Assembly: GCA_028534125.1 (NCBI GenBank)
Contig: CM052816.1
Span: 93,622,001 to 93,686,000 of the forward strand
From: Lama glama
Taxonomy: Eukaryota
Reading direction: 5' to 3'
DNA: 64,000 nucleotides
The position numbers were made by a program, and so were the translations under genes. Under the pieces are notes generated by a model. It did not search any database and was not told the origin of the DNA. It saw only the letters and a program-made list of their open reading frames with translations. Shown here one piece after another: positions 1-14,649 of the stretch; position 1 is the first letter of the stretch; each line of letters opens with the position of its first letter.

Positions 1-380
1 ATTATACACATGCCAGCCATGGTTGAAATACTAGGCAGAAATGATACATCAGCGTCTGAATTTACTTCTAAAATATAGAGTATAAAATTCACCATAAATC
101 CTGCTTTGATCTCAAGCGTATTGACCTCGGCTGTCTTAACGTAAAAAGTTTTATTGTAAATCTCAGGAAAAGTCAGTTTACTTGAAACATATTCATGTAA
201 AATTCACCTCATTGTCAATGTCATCCTTATTCAATTTAAACACTTTTTCCAGTTAAATGGCTTATTTCAACATCAACAGTGACAAAGGCAAATAACAGAA
301 AATAAGTCTTGAGAGAGAGGAGTTTCATGTGAATATAAATGGAAGTGTATAAAGCATAGCAAACTGTTTGACTTTTCTAG

Positions 381-456
381 GTGAAATGGACTTGAAGTAC
401 TGAGCATCAAAACCAACATAATTTGGGAAGATATAAAAAGAACAAATGAAACTGAG
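381..456 (+). other. candidate non-coding (UTR/lncRNA) exon, 76 nt
   Basis: Acceptor tttgacttttctag| and donor GAG|gtaaat. Stop codons in all three frames; no transcript evidence. Confidence 0.3.
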
Positions 457-916
457 GTAAATATACTTACAATAATTTATTTTGTTTTCCAAAATATTAT
501 ATTACTCCTGAGATTTCTTTGTGGATATTCAAAATCAAATTAATATTATTGGATTCCATATTTGTTACTTTCTATAGTTGCAAGTAAATTGTATTTATTT
601 TGCATTCACAGAATGCTATACATCACATTGTGCACTTTTTGCCATTAATACTCTCTTATAAATAATAGCAAAGATAACATCCATTTTGAGATATATTTCC
701 ATTAAGTGATGAGGGTATGTGTTTACTTATTTGTACTTGAAACTTGATTTCATTGTGACTACTAATATGAATTTTCATGTTGATGAATTAGTTTTCAGAG
801 TGAAATTCTGCTAAAGCTATTTGGTGTTCATAGAGGTCTAACTTATAACCTTGGTCTTATTATGATAATGCTTTCTATATTCAAAATTATATGTATTTAG
901 TTATTTAATTATGATT

Positions 917-1421
917 AATTCATTCATTTATTCACTCATGTTTGCTAAATACCTACTATATGCTAGTCAATGAAGAGAGACAAGGCTTCTACTCAATGTA
1001 CACTGCTTTTATTGTGTGTGAGAGTTTTTAGCTATCAACAAAATTTTTTAAAACATGAATATACATTATTACTCTGTAGAGTATAAAAACAAGCCAATAG
1101 ACTAGCACTTGGCTGAGTGGCTACTTTAGACTGAGGTAAGCACCTTGAGGAAGAGATTGAAATATAAGAAGATGCCAGCCCATGAGGGAATCAGGGGGGG
1201 TTGCTTTGTGAGCAGAAGGAAATGTTAAAGCAGGACTAGGCTTATAGTTTGAAAAAAATAGCAAAAGACTCTATGCTTTTAAAACTTTGGGCCAAGGGAG
1301 GATATTAAGGGGTAAGATTGGCAAGGTATTTGGGACCAATTTAGGTGGAGATTGGCAGGTTAGAGTAAATGCTTAGAAATGATTCTAAGCCCTGTGGGAA
1401 GCTACTGCATGTCTTTATTCA
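917..1421 (-). mobile_element. LINE-2 3' fragment
   Basis: Begins with the reverse-complement L2 tail (cattcatttattcactc...aaatacctactatatgctag), followed by purine-rich L2-like sequence. Confidence 0.7.
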
Positions 1422-1677
1422 GATGTACAGCATGGATGGACTGCATCTACCGTGTAACTTTATTGTTCAAAGACAGTCATCAAGTTTGATTTTTATCATC
1501 ATATTCCAAAAGGTACTTATTAGAATCACCTGTATTATTTTCTGATATTTCCTCCTTTTGTTAAGAGTTACAGTGATGATTTATGTATGTATAGCATTTA
1601 TATTTCATGGATATTTTCAAATATAATTCTTTGTATGATCTCCATAATGTCCCTTCAGAGTATGTTGAGAGGTGATA

Positions 1678-2177
1678 NNNNNNNNNNNNNNNNNNNNNNN
1701 NNNNNNNNNNNNNNNNNNNNNNNNNNNNNNNNNNNNNNNNNNNNNNNNNNNNNNNNNNNNNNNNNNNNNNNNNNNNNNNNNNNNNNNNNNNNNNNNNNNN
1801 NNNNNNNNNNNNNNNNNNNNNNNNNNNNNNNNNNNNNNNNNNNNNNNNNNNNNNNNNNNNNNNNNNNNNNNNNNNNNNNNNNNNNNNNNNNNNNNNNNNN
1901 NNNNNNNNNNNNNNNNNNNNNNNNNNNNNNNNNNNNNNNNNNNNNNNNNNNNNNNNNNNNNNNNNNNNNNNNNNNNNNNNNNNNNNNNNNNNNNNNNNNN
2001 NNNNNNNNNNNNNNNNNNNNNNNNNNNNNNNNNNNNNNNNNNNNNNNNNNNNNNNNNNNNNNNNNNNNNNNNNNNNNNNNNNNNNNNNNNNNNNNNNNNN
2101 NNNNNNNNNNNNNNNNNNNNNNNNNNNNNNNNNNNNNNNNNNNNNNNNNNNNNNNNNNNNNNNNNNNNNNNNNNNNN
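1678..2177. other. assembly gap (500 N)
   Basis: Run of exactly 500 N. Confidence 1.
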
Positions 2178-2679
2178 ATAGGAGAGCCTCAGTGCATCGA
2201 CGTATCCTTACTGGATGAATACATAGAGTTTCTATTCTTTTTTTTCCTCATATTTAGCTTTATTTGGAATTTTGAATGACATTTCATTTTGCCTTCAAGT
2301 TAAATACAGACTTGATGTTTAATAATGTAACCTAGTGTTCTTCTAAGTTAATTATGTTATTTATTTATGGCAGTAGTACCTAAAGAAAATGAAGAAACCA
2401 TGGGCCTGGTAATTATGGGATATTAATTTGAGGATATTACAAAAAATATGCCTCTGGGCATATCTGAGCACACACATCCAGCTCTCCCATAATAGAGCTT
2501 TAGGAAGTTGTTATTATATTTTAATTTATTTCCATATACTCTCATTGTGCTGGTCTTTGCCTGTCTGCTGTCAGATTCCCGTCTTTTCTATTAACCAATT
2601 ATTTTTTTACCAATTAACCAATGACAGTCACTGAAAAAAAAAAAAGTAGGATCAGGGGATAGGAGAATCACCCACTATC

Positions 2680-2920
2680 TTTTCCGGCTTCAGGGAAGTT
2701 TCCAGAAGTAGCTGGATCTCATCTTTGGTTCTTAGTCTCACCAGAAGCCCAGGATCCAACACTCAATTTACTCCACCTCCTCCCAAAAGCTGATAATAGC
2801 TTCCTGCTTTGGCCTCGCCATCTGGTCTTTAGGCTTCCAGCTTTTTAACTGCTTTGTAACTATTTCAGTCTTGGAATATCTAATGTGGGCTCTGTGTTTT
2901 TTTTTTTTCTGACTGATACA
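2680..2920 (+). mobile_element. ERVL-class LTR remnant
   Basis: Ends ...ttggaatatctaatgtgggctctgtg(t)nctgactgataca, a typical ERVL LTR terminus. The 5' boundary is uncertain. Confidence 0.5.
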
Positions 2921-3709
2921 GTGATTTACTGCCTAACACCCCTAGAGTTAATATTGTGATATATATTTATATTTGGTGTGATAAGAAGCTAAAATCATAC
3001 TGATTTGAAATATTTACATTTCAGACAAAAAATATGTGGTTTCAATTGTTCAACAAAAATTATGTAACTTCTACTCACAGGACAAAATCATCAAGTTAAA
3101 ATAAGCATGAAAAGTGCCTGCGCTTTTAAGAACAGCTGGAACTTAATTTCTTTGCTTTGCTCTGCAAGGATCTAAGTCTGTCTGAGTCTGTATTGTTTTT
3201 ACAATTGAGATTGTCATTTTCCCTGGCTTCTTTTAGGTGCTTCACCTGGTGTTTGTTAGCCGACGAAGGATGTTGAACTCAGTGCCCTTAGGAAAGTAAA
3301 AATAGGTCTACTGAATATGAAGGGATGAGATTACCGTCTAGAAAATCAATGCAAGCTGAATCTCTTTCCTATAGGGCCAAACAATCCCATGTATCAGTAA
3401 ATTATGGACCTGGTATTCATCACAGGGCTTTACATCTGATGACCATAAAGAGGACCCTAACCTAAGCCTCAGGAGAGGCTAAACTGCAGTCATTTATTCT
3501 GATCGATAAGGTAGGAAGTTATGCAAAAAGTCTTTAAATTACAGCACAAAATGTTTTGATATTTGAAGTAAAGACCTTCCCTTCTTTTCAAAAAGTCATC
3601 TAACAAATTTTCTTTTCTTAGAAAAAAAATAGTAGCTTGCATTTGTTTATTATATGTTGGTTATGCAGTAGACATTATTATAAACATGATGATGCATTTT
3701 TGTTTTTAA

Positions 3710-3845
3710 ACATCTCAACATCCCTAAAAGGTGTGCACAATTATTACCCAAGTTACAGATGAGGAGCTAAAGCTCACAGTTTAGTAGCTTGCCCAGGGTC
3801 ACTCAGCTGGCAAGGGCAGGCTGACCCCAGAGAGCAGGCTTGAAA
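3710..3845 (-). mobile_element. MIR SINE
   Basis: ttacagatgaggagctaaagctcacag...gcttgcccagggtcactcagctgg is the reverse complement of the MIR core. Confidence 0.8.
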
Positions 3846-4140
3846 CTTCTCCAGTGTGTTCCCTCACAATGCTTTGGTAAGTTGCTTAGAGACACAGTTA
3901 AGGCTGTTAAAAATCATTTCATGGTAAATACCAGGAAAGAAAGTGTTCAATATATAAAAATAACAAATCATTAGGTTGCACACATGAAATTAATTTAATA
4001 TTATGTCAATTATGCATCAAGGGAAAAATAAAGTGCTCAAGACTAATTTGAGGGATAGCCTCCAACCTCCAGTGCCTTGATTACCATAAGTAAACTATCT
4101 TAGCACATATAATTGGTTCCACCATTATTGGTTTGCATAT

Positions 4141-4210
4141 TTATTCACATATATTCATATATACATGCATATAAACACACGCACACACACATACACACGC
4201 ACATACACGC
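4141..4210. repeat. degenerate (TA)n/(CA)n microsatellite
   Basis: Direct inspection. Confidence 0.7.
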
Positions 4211-6169
4211 AGTGATAATCTGATGAGAATTGGATTCACTTGGAGTAATTTTTCCTATATAGTTTCCCATGCACCTCCTTTGGCTTATGGGATCTCTTGT
4301 TTCTACAGGATTGAAATGCCTGAGTGAAGATCAAGGAATCGCATTTTTTGAAGAACTCATTATATGTTGTCAAAATTTAGAACCATTGCAGTGCATTCTG
4401 AGGTCCTTGAGGGAAGAAACTGTGCCCAGCACTGGCCCTGATATAGATAGTTCTCAATAAATGCTTGTTGAACACAGCAAGTGAGCAGGCCATCAGGATA
4501 TATTCAAGGATTGGCATCACATCAGATCAGGCAAGAGAGGTAATCCTAGGACCATTGCCCCTTGAACTCATCTCAATTCTAGCAAAGGGGATCCATTCAA
4601 GAATCTCACATGGTAATATCTGTGATAATTCATAAGCACTTCCTAGGACATAGTGGAGAAACCATCAGGGCTGGAATAAATTTCAAGACCTAACAATGAG
4701 TTAGGATTAATAAGGGAGCTAAAATCAGTGGGTAGGATAATGAGTAAATGCTACCACATGAAGGGGAATAATAGAAAAGATGACAAAAGGCGAAGACAGG
4801 GAGGGACTACATGTCTGGGGAAGCAGAACCAACGTCACCAGGGGCTGGCCATGCACCTCTTTCAAACCTGCGAACCCTTAATCTTGCTTCTGAGTTCATC
4901 TAAGATCTGTGGCTGTGCTGAGGACCTCTTCCAGCATCATCCTGAGTTCTACAGGCAAACAGATAATCAGAAATAGTCCCTAGTACACTGATAGGATGAG
5001 AGGCAAGGTAGGAGATTAGAAATATTTGTAATTAGACAAAAGGCGGATTTGACCCAATAAACTTTATTAAACAACATTCTGAATTTATCAGCCATTTTCC
5101 AGATACAAAACAGGTATTTTGTTGATTTCTTCTATTTGATTTTACCCCTGAACTACATGAAATAAAATTACTTAAAAGAAGGTGTCAACTGTGGGTCCTA
5201 AAGGTAAAGAAAGTTGTATTTCCCCAATATTCATTTTGTGAGATTTGAATAATAGAGGCTCAGTGGAGTTTCAATTTCTCCCTGAAGGGTCAACATATTT
5301 GCTTATATATTACACACATCAGGAACAAAAAGTGTAGGCTGAACTTTGCATTTAATGGCATTATAAAATCAGATGCCTTAATAGAGAAAATATATGAAAG
5401 TATAAGAAAAATACCTGTTTCAAAACTGGCAAATGGTGCTTGTTTGCCCTCTCAATGTGCATTATGTAGATTAATCAAAAATTCCTGCATTTTCAAAATT
5501 ATGGCATAAACTAAGAATTAGGTTATTGGAAATGACAGCACAGTTAATAATGATCCTACGAGAGTTTACTTTACAAGGAAGCATATGGATATTTTTTAAA
5601 GCCTTCTCTCATAACAGTGATGATCTTAAATCTAGCTGAAGTAAGATAAAGTTCCTTCTAACTGGAGAAAATGTTACATTTTCTTTTTGTTCTTGGAGTA
5701 TTCATTCATTGGCTCTTGAATTTGGAAAAGACATTTAGAATATTATCACCTGAAGACTCAGTCTGAGAGTTCACAGATATGATTAATTTGACTTTTATTA
5801 TTAGAGTCATGAGGGCTTTGTCCCTGTATTCATCTCCTGATTCATCTAATAATAGTAAGTTTTCTCATATCAATTTTTTTCTCTTTGCCACTAAGTACAG
5901 AATATGAAAAATTCTGAATTCTCAGCTATGTTCAATACATTTTAGAAATAGACTACAAAGATGATGTTTCCAGTTTATACCTTCTTGAAAGATGATGCAA
6001 TACTTTGGACAACGCAATTATAAAAACTAAAGGATAATGTTTTAGTGTTTTTTCATGGTTGTAGCCTTTTCATCCTTCTAAAGTTTACTTATTCTTTTAA
6101 TCTTTGGTTTCATGGTTAGTAATTATGAATAATGATGAATTATACTTAAGTGATTTTTCTTTTAATTAC

Positions 6170-6270
6170 TCTGACAAAGAATGAAAGCCTCAAAATGGCA
6201 ATACTCACAAACAGTTGGAATTGCTCACAAAAATCCTCTACAAACTGGTATCAGTAGACCTTGGTGGTGT
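6170..6270. mobile_element. hAT DNA transposon fragment (MER63-like)
   Basis: aaaatggcaatactcacaaac...aattgctcacaaaaatcc resembles the recalled MER63/BlackJack consensus. Confidence 0.4.
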
Positions 6271-6619
6271 AGAGAGGATTAATGAGGTCACCGGGACCTC
6301 CTATTTCAACATTACTTTTATATTTCTATAGCTCTTTGATGCCAGTCTTGAATAGATTTGGGACAGTTTTATTTCTCTTGTAAATCATGATTTAAAACAT
6401 GACCAATTTTCCCTTCAATCTGTAAAAGATCCATTCTTGACTATTGCATAGTTGTAACTAAATAGTTGGGTATAAATTCTGATTTCCACACTATGGACCT
6501 GAAAGGCTATTTTCTTCCTGTTCTGCAAAAAAATCAGGAGGAAAAGTATGGTTCTAACTTTTGATATAAGAGCAGCCCTAAAGGACACAATCATACCAAG
6601 GGAAAATAGTGAAATAGAT

Positions 6620-7690
6620 CGACTTGTCCTCCCCTCCCTCATCCAACAATCTGTAAGTGATTTTGCCCCTGAGTGATAAGAAAAAAGAAAAAAAAATCTT
6701 AAAAGCATATAACCACACATGGTTTTGCAGGTTTGTATTATAAATATACACAAGTTGGTTAATATGAAACACCTGAAAGCCAAAATTTAATTTAAAATGT
6801 GCCAAGCAATGCCACTAAATGTCAGCCAGAAACAAACATCTCTGCAGAAACTCAGTTTCAAACCTGACTTCAAAGAATTCCCCCAGAAGTTTCCATGAAT
6901 ACAAACTCACAATCACAAACCACAAAACACACAAGATAAAACGGCATGATTCAGAACCAGCAGATAAAGTAGAAAACAGAATGAGATCTTTAAAGACATC
7001 AGTACTAAAATTACCAAATGAAGTACAAAATCACCATATTAATATACATAAGACATAAAAATTACCAAAGGATATTTATAGCAAGACCTATCTAAAAACA
7101 AGTAGATTTAAAAGGAGACTAAAGAGAAAGAAATAGAGAAGTCAGTAGTAGTTGCACAGGTTTAATAGCAGATCAGGAACATCTGAAAAACACTAGTGAG
7201 TTTAAAGATAAAGCTAAAGAAATTTTACAGAATACAACACAGAGGGGTAAAAATATTTTTAAAAACCTTTCAAAATAATGAAAGCTCAAGTGAGAAGGAA
7301 TATCACGTATCTGATCAGTATTTCCAAATAAATGGAGAGAAAGTGGGGAAGAGACAAAGTTAGAAGAGGTGACTGAGAATTGTCTGTATGATTATGTAAA
7401 ACAGTATACACATGTTTTGAAACCCAACAATAATAAGCAAGATAAGTGAATAGGATACTTCACCTAAGTATGTATCACATGAAAATTTGAATCGTCAATG
7501 AGAGAACTAAGGTTTTAAAAGCTTCTATCACAAAAATGGTAGATTATTTTTAAAGGCACACATGTTATTCTGATAGCTGAGTTCTCACCACAAAAACAAA
7601 AAGATAGTGGGGAAAAAAGTCATAATGTGCTTAGAGGAGGGAAAAGCAGAACTCAGAGCTATATACTGACTGAAAATACCTACTATCTTA
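6620..7690 (+). mobile_element. ancient L1 (L1M/L1ME) ORF1-region remnant
   Basis: A-rich, with decayed ORF1 landmarks (tttaatagcagatcaggaacatctgaa; gatagctgagttctcacca; actcagagctatatac). Frame is disrupted. Confidence 0.7.
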
Positions 7691-8740
7691 CTTTGGAGGT
7701 TAAATGGGACAAACTCTATAGGATTACTAGTAATGTCTGGAGTGCTAATATATTGTTTGATGATAAGATGGTTTAACTTGCTACACATGAGCTATTGGAT
7801 GAACAATAGCCAGTTGGTGGTTTGGCATTCCAGTTCTAGTTTTTTATGTTTCTTTTCATTTATTCTATCTTATTTTAAAATATTTCTTGGATTCCAGTTG
7901 TAATCAAAGTTATTCAAAGTTAATTCATTTTCCAAGGGGTTAGGCTGATAAATTATTAACCTCATATGCCAGTAATTTAACATTCTTGCTTTTCCTCATA
8001 ATAATAATCACAACTGAGTTTATATTCCTTTAAAGCAAATTTTATGATCTAATGAGCTGTGCAAGACTACTACCACTTTAAAGCACTTTTGAATTTTAAA
8101 TAATACTTTGAGATTATTCTTCCTTTACTGATGGGATTGCAATTTGATTTCTCATGCTATTTTGAATTACATAAATCAATGAAGATTTATTAAATATTTT
8201 ATGCATTGATTGCAATCTTAATTTTCAAGATCTCTATGTTTGTTTTTAAATCAACAAATATTATTTGTTCTTTTGCTTGTGACAGGAAAATATTTCACAA
8301 GTGCTTGTAAACAAATTGTAATATATTATTGAATTGGGACAATATTCATGTAGGTTTTAATAGAAAATGTTAAGAGGACCTATTCATTTTTCAGGTTTAT
8401 GTATCTCTCCAAGTTACTTTTCTAGTAGAATGCTGATATAATAAGAAATTTGATGTACCAGGTATTTGCCATTCACTTCAAAAATGAATGAAAAACCTAA
8501 GTTCACAAAGGATACTGAGAAGCTGCAGCCTAGAGGTAGGAGGGACCCCATGAAAATTTGTTGTTATAGAGGGTAATAAACATGGGAAGGGCACCTGGTG
8601 CTAAATTAGAAAACTTCCTCTGAACATTGGGCCAGATACCCTACAGCAGTGGAGAGAGAGAGCAGAGCGAATGGGAGATGACAAACTGAAGACCACATTT
8701 TTAAATGTAGGCATGTAGACTCTGAAGATAACATTCATTG

Positions 8741-8830
8741 CTTCTTCTCCTTCTCCTTCTCCTTCTCCTTCTCCTTCTCCTTCTCCTTCTCCTTCTTCTT
8801 CTTCTTCTTCTTCTTCTTCTTCTTCTTCTT

Positions 8831-8860
<30 letters not shown>
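8741..8860. repeat. compound microsatellite (CTTCTC)8(CTT)23
   Basis: Pure pyrimidine tract; explains the poly-Leu ORF at 8738. Confidence 0.97.
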
Positions 8861-8861
<1 letters not shown>

Positions 8862-11800
8862 ATTATTTTGTTAATTCAAGAACCACTTCTTCTCTCTCAA
8901 GTTTTTTAATAAGTTCATCCAATACTAACTCTTCTGGTCATGTGTTGCCAAAACATAGGTATTGTCAAACAATTACGGTTTCCTGAAGCCAGTGAAAACT
9001 GCCCAGGAAAATGGGACTACCCAGGTGACATAGCCAAAGACCCTAAGTTCACACTGTTGGTGGTTTAAATATTTACCTTTACATGTCTTGCTGCCCAATT
9101 CTCTGAAAACTCACTTGATTTGACAATTTTGTCTCTTTTCAGAGTCAGATTTCCAGCATCCTGGGCAATACTCTAAAGAGCATAAACAACACTGAAGAAG
9201 TAGTTGAAAACCATTGACTCTCACATACTAAACTGTTTGGTTTATTCTTTTAGTCCAATTAGGAAACTCACACAGAAGTAGAACTGTTTCTTGGATGAGA
9301 AGGATCATTGTTTGTTCAAGGACTCTAAAGTTGGAACTCAAAAGCAAAATGTGAAATTACTGAAACAAGATGAATTTGCATGATAATAAAATGGGACACA
9401 TCTATTCATAACATTTGAGGGTAAGCCAGCACTCTCAATTCTCTGTGCAGGTGGTTAACATGCTTATTTCCATGTCTACTTTGATGGATATTCTATTTTT
9501 TAAGTGGACTAAAAGAAGCTTTCTACTCTCAAAAATGCTGTTAAAATCCTTGATATTTTAGTGTAAGAAAGAAAAAAAATACATTGTTACTGAAGGCACT
9601 TGGTTAGCTGTTAACGTTTTATAAGCAAAACAAAACCAAAGATTTGGAGGCTAAAATTGTCAAAACAACTTCCATAAGAAATGCTATTTCTGACACATTT
9701 TTACTTTACTGATACTACTTTTGGAATGTTTTAGAATCAGATATGAGTAGCTAAATGCTGACTGGTAGTTTGATGTGACGGTAAAGAGGTCAGGTTCTAG
9801 GTAGACTCTGGCGAAAGTAGAAGATTTGTTTTGTGCACATTTCCCTTTACAAACGCCTAAGGCTCACACACAGGAAAATGCTCTTTGAAAGTATTCATAA
9901 TTTTTATTATCTTACACAACGAGCTAAGTCAAAATTAACAATTATATTTTGTGTGACATAGTGGGCCTAAGTGTTGCTTTTAACATTTAAAGAACTGTTG
10001 GTTAAAAGATGGAAAATCCAGAACACTTGCCCACTTGTTTACTCTAAGCCTCCTAATTCTGACCCTGCCAAGAATCTTGTCAATCATTTTTGTGTCTACT
10101 GTCAGAAAGACTGCTGGCTTTCCAAGTTTAAGATTAAAAACCACAACAGCAATAGCATTAAAAACTGCCATATTTTGCCTTTATTTGTGATTATATTTTA
10201 GTTTCTGTGGGACGACGCATATCAGAACGCATCAAGGAAGAGTGGAGGGAAGTGGGATGGGGTATCCAGGAGTCAAGAGGACCTCTTCAAATTTGGACCT
10301 GACGAGTATTTCAGTTTTTCTCTTGGGAGAGTCATATAAGTCTTTATGAGGCATTTACTAATATCTTAAGTGGTTCACAGGAAAGAGATTTGTAAGTTTC
10401 TGAAATAAAATTGTGTCTCAGTTGATCATTTCTTTTTAGAGATTTACCTGAGAACCTCGGTTTGTCTAATAACATTTGATTAAGGTTACTAATAACTGAG
10501 TGTATTTCATAACTTCCACCAGAAATAGGGGTAGTTGCTTAGCTTTTCTCAGTGATCGTTCTATTTGTTTCTAATCTGAAATATCAAAGTCATAGGTACA
10601 TAGGGTCATGTTTCCCCTTCCAGTGGTACAGGGTACAAAAAGGCAACTTTCACTCCCTCACCCTCCCAACAACACTCAAACAAAAAAATAAAAATGTACA
10701 AAAACATCAAATGGAAGAGAAAATTAGCCAGTCTTTCTACAAACAGAAGTCAAATATTTCAATCATACCAACTAATTTGGTTTACTGAAAGTAATATTGG
10801 ATTCTGATTTGGATTCTGGTTTTTATACACATCTTTTTGTCTTTGGAAGTTTTTTTTTTCAATCAGTACCAGTCCTTCTTTTCCCACATTGTCTTTTCTT
10901 AACTCTGAAGATTTTATAATCCATTACCGTTTTCCTTACCTTCTAAAGACGAATATGGTTTCTTATAATTTATTTATACACATATAATGGAGTATTGATG
11001 TCGACTATTAATGTGTTATGTCCTCTATTTCACAAATATTGAGAGATTTAAGAATTTGAACACAAAATATGTCAGAAAACAAAGGACTTCAACAAATAAA
11101 TTTCAGTCGAGCTGACATGGAAATAGAATCACACTGGGAATCAGAACATTAAGGAAGTACTACCTCGGTTAATTTTTTGATCTTCCTAGCATGCTGACCA
11201 ATCCTTAGAACTAATATAATGCTTTCAGTCTGCTGTCTACATTAAATATAATGTTCTCAGCATCCAGAAAGGAAGAAATGAGATTTTGCACTAATTCCTT
11301 AACATTATGACGGTCAAAACAAAGCCTCAGACAGGAAGAAATGTGACCTGTGGGTAGATCTGGTGATGAGAGAACAGAGTTGACTTTTCCCCTCTCTCCT
11401 TCTTGTAGGATTCCAAAGTTTACCACACCAATGTGAGATAGTAAAGGGAATGTTTATGTGTAATATATTTAAGCTTACCACAGTGTTCACCAGAATATGA
11501 TTTCCATGAGGTAGCTTCAGCTCCTGAATGTTCTGATAGCTAGAATTCTGTGAAAATCCTGCCTCTAATTTTTAAATTGTAGTATGGACTATGAATGACT
11601 GTTAGTGACATGTTTTGTGCATTTATGCAAGTTTATATTCTTGATTTTTTTATATTTATGCTTAGAATCTCTACAGTATGAAAATATGCACATTTGACAA
11701 CTATTTTCAATAAAGGAGCAAAATGATTTCTCTAATATGGTCCTTTTTTCATGATATAGCTATTTCCGGGATATTTATAAACGGCTACATTGTGAGGACT

Positions 11801-13964
11801 CTGAAATACCATAGAAAAATGGGAATTAAGCATTAGAGGAGGATCAAATTATTGTGATACACAAATAAAATTTTATAATACTCTGTGGAGTCAGAGACAG
11901 TGACAGAATAATGAATACTGAGGAGAATGTGCATAACTGAGAAGAACCCTGCAGTAGAACTCATAATAAAGAAGTCCTGGGTCTGAGTGATATATAATCT
12001 TCAATGGAAGTGAACAAATATAAAAAGAGAAGTAAGTACTTCTTTAAGAACTGCAAAGGAGCCGGTGGCAACCAAAGGTAAACCTTTTGAATAATTAAAA
12101 TGTGTGATTTCATGATGGAAATGTTTTAGTCAACCCACCTGCTATGCTTCCTGCTATTTGGAAAGCAGCCTTAAAGGAATCTATCAGATTCCCAAAACTA
12201 CTAAATCAATAATACCATATACAGCTTAGCATTAGGTCTTATATTATTTCATACAACTGAGTCTACTCAGCATTTGTGTCATATATGAGATGTTCCCCAA
12301 ATATAATCAAAATGTCAGCCAAAATTTGGATATTTCTTTTCTTTTTTTAAAAAGTGTCTTCCACACCTATGATCAGATTGCTATGCATGCCAGAAACAAT
12401 AAAGGGAAACTCTCCTAACCACTTGGAGCAGATCTATCCGCAGGACTACAGAGAATTCTGCTCAGGAAGCAGCTGCTCTATTTAAATCTGCTTGGCACTA
12501 CAAGCCATAGGCAAGTTCTCTTGAAAGTGATGCTTACATCATTTACTTGCAAACACGTTTCCTCTGTTGGGTTATAAAATTACAGTGCAATATTTCCAAT
12601 TCAAAATTTCCCATCAAAGTTATAGAAGCTATGAATTTGCAGCCACAAACTCCAAGCATTAAGAGAGGCTGTTAATCTTGGTTGAATATTCATTCTCTCC
12701 CAGAAGTGAATATTTCCCCTTATACTGAAAAATTAAGGAGGCTTTTTATCAAAGACATGAAGCTGAAGGTCCTATCTCTTTCTGGCGGAATGTTTGATCC
12801 TGAACCAAGTATCAGTTGAGATAAAAATAAATTCAATTTTTTTTTGTGAATGTGTATTCCAAAAATCATTTGAAATTCAAATGCTCCTCATTCTAGGTAG
12901 ACTTTGAATACATTCAAATTGGCATGATTGGTTAATGTTAGCATTTGAATAGAAAGCAAAGAAACAGCAAAGTTGGTATATTGTTTTCCCTGATAAAAGG
13001 GGAAGGCATGGGAAAACATGGGAAGGTCACTGGAAAATTACTTATACAATGATTATTTCTTATAATTTGGTTTAAAGGAGAGAAAAACAAATTCAAATCT
13101 GAATATTCCTTGATGCCTTTTTATTTTTGTTCTAAATATTTATGAAATTGAATTTTTACATACTTGTGCCCTAATAGTTTGTAAAAAGAAAACAAAATGA
13201 ATAGAAAGCTGGAGGGAAATTAATTTTGTTTTATTTAAGATGTACATCCTTCTGGGAATTGATCCAAGGAAAATTTTGTGTATGTAGGACCATTCTATAA
13301 AATAAATTGTATCCCTACTTATCTTTCGGTGGTAATATGTGTCAATAAGATCTATTCATTGTTAAAAGTCAACGTATGAATTTATTTTAAATACGTAACA
13401 GAGTATCTCATGATATTGTTTTTCAAATTCCAGTGCTAAGACAGGGGAAAAAAATACTAAGTCACTCAGAAAAATAAACAACTAAAATATGGCACTATTA
13501 AGAACCTATAATTAATGATTTGAAATTCCAAATTATCATTTTGAAGTGTTATTTATACCTTTTGGGGCTTATTCACTACTAACAATCAAATGCTTTACAA
13601 ATGATAACAGAGGGATTGAAAACAGTATTTGATTATACGCTTTTATGTATGTTAGTAAGTTTTTAGGGTTGAAATAAAATCTTGTTGCAGATGACTTAGC
13701 TTCTTTGGAATTCATGCATATCTCTATTAGATTTATGGAAAAACAAGATGCTAAAGAAGTTAATTCTTTGGGAAAAAATAAAGTTAAATTTATTAAATTT
13801 AAAATAAGTCTATAAGGTTGCTAACTTTTAAACTATGTATACTGAAAGGCAGTAAAGCTAAATATATTTTAAACTTTAGAAATAGATGGTTTATTCTCCA
13901 ATGGAAATCATATTAGTATTTGGCTTATTCATTAAATAAGCCAGTTAAAATTGTGATGATACCA

Positions 13965-14150
13965 GTGATAGCTAACATGCATTCAGTGATATTTAAGTGC
14001 TGTAAGCACTTTCCATATATGTTTTCCCTTTGTTCTCCACACCTCCAAGAGATGTGACTATTTTTAATCTATTTTTTTAATGATGAACTGAGTCATGGAA
14101 AAGTTAAATAACTTGATCAAAGTCACACAGAAGTAATGGATTCAACCATA
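13965..14150 (-). mobile_element. MIR SINE
   Basis: gatgaactgagtcatggaaaagttaaataacttgatcaaagtcacacag is the reverse complement of the MIR core. Confidence 0.75.
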
Positions 14151-14649
14151 CGTACATAATATCACTAATCCTTAAATATTATAAGTACATTAAGTTAAAC
14201 ATTTTATCTTAAATAATGTTCATTCACAAATATATTGTAAGATCAGGGCCATTTCTTTTAATATGAGTCATTTGAGTCTGGTTATGAGAGCTTTTTATTT
14301 TTCATACAATTTTCAGAAATAACTAGACTGCATCAATGATTATCTACTTCTAAAAAAAATTATTGAGGAGTTAAAATCATTCACCTTGATTTTCATGCCT
14401 TTTACTTATTTTTATTTATGTATTTTTTACAAAAATCTTATTGATTCTTAACTGGGTAGTACTGTTTTTAATCAATTAGACTTTACCAAGGTGTTCCAAA
14501 GTGGTCATGTTATGATGAATATATCTCAATTTTTCACTCCTGTTTAATATACATCTTAAAATTTGTTTAAATTACATAATGACAATAGAAGAAACAGTTA
14601 ATGATCACCAAATATCCATGTATTCCCCTGCATATCACAACCTACCTTG

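Noticed and set aside
1587..2279. Long ORFs 1587/1672 (and 31347/31349)
   Set aside because: Artefacts of translating through N gaps.
6219..6300. Minus-strand exon-like segment with a gtgagt donor
   Set aside because: Weak acceptor, and it overlaps an apparent hAT transposon fragment.
8738..8986. Poly-Leu ORF
   Set aside because: Translation of the CTT/CTTCTC microsatellite.
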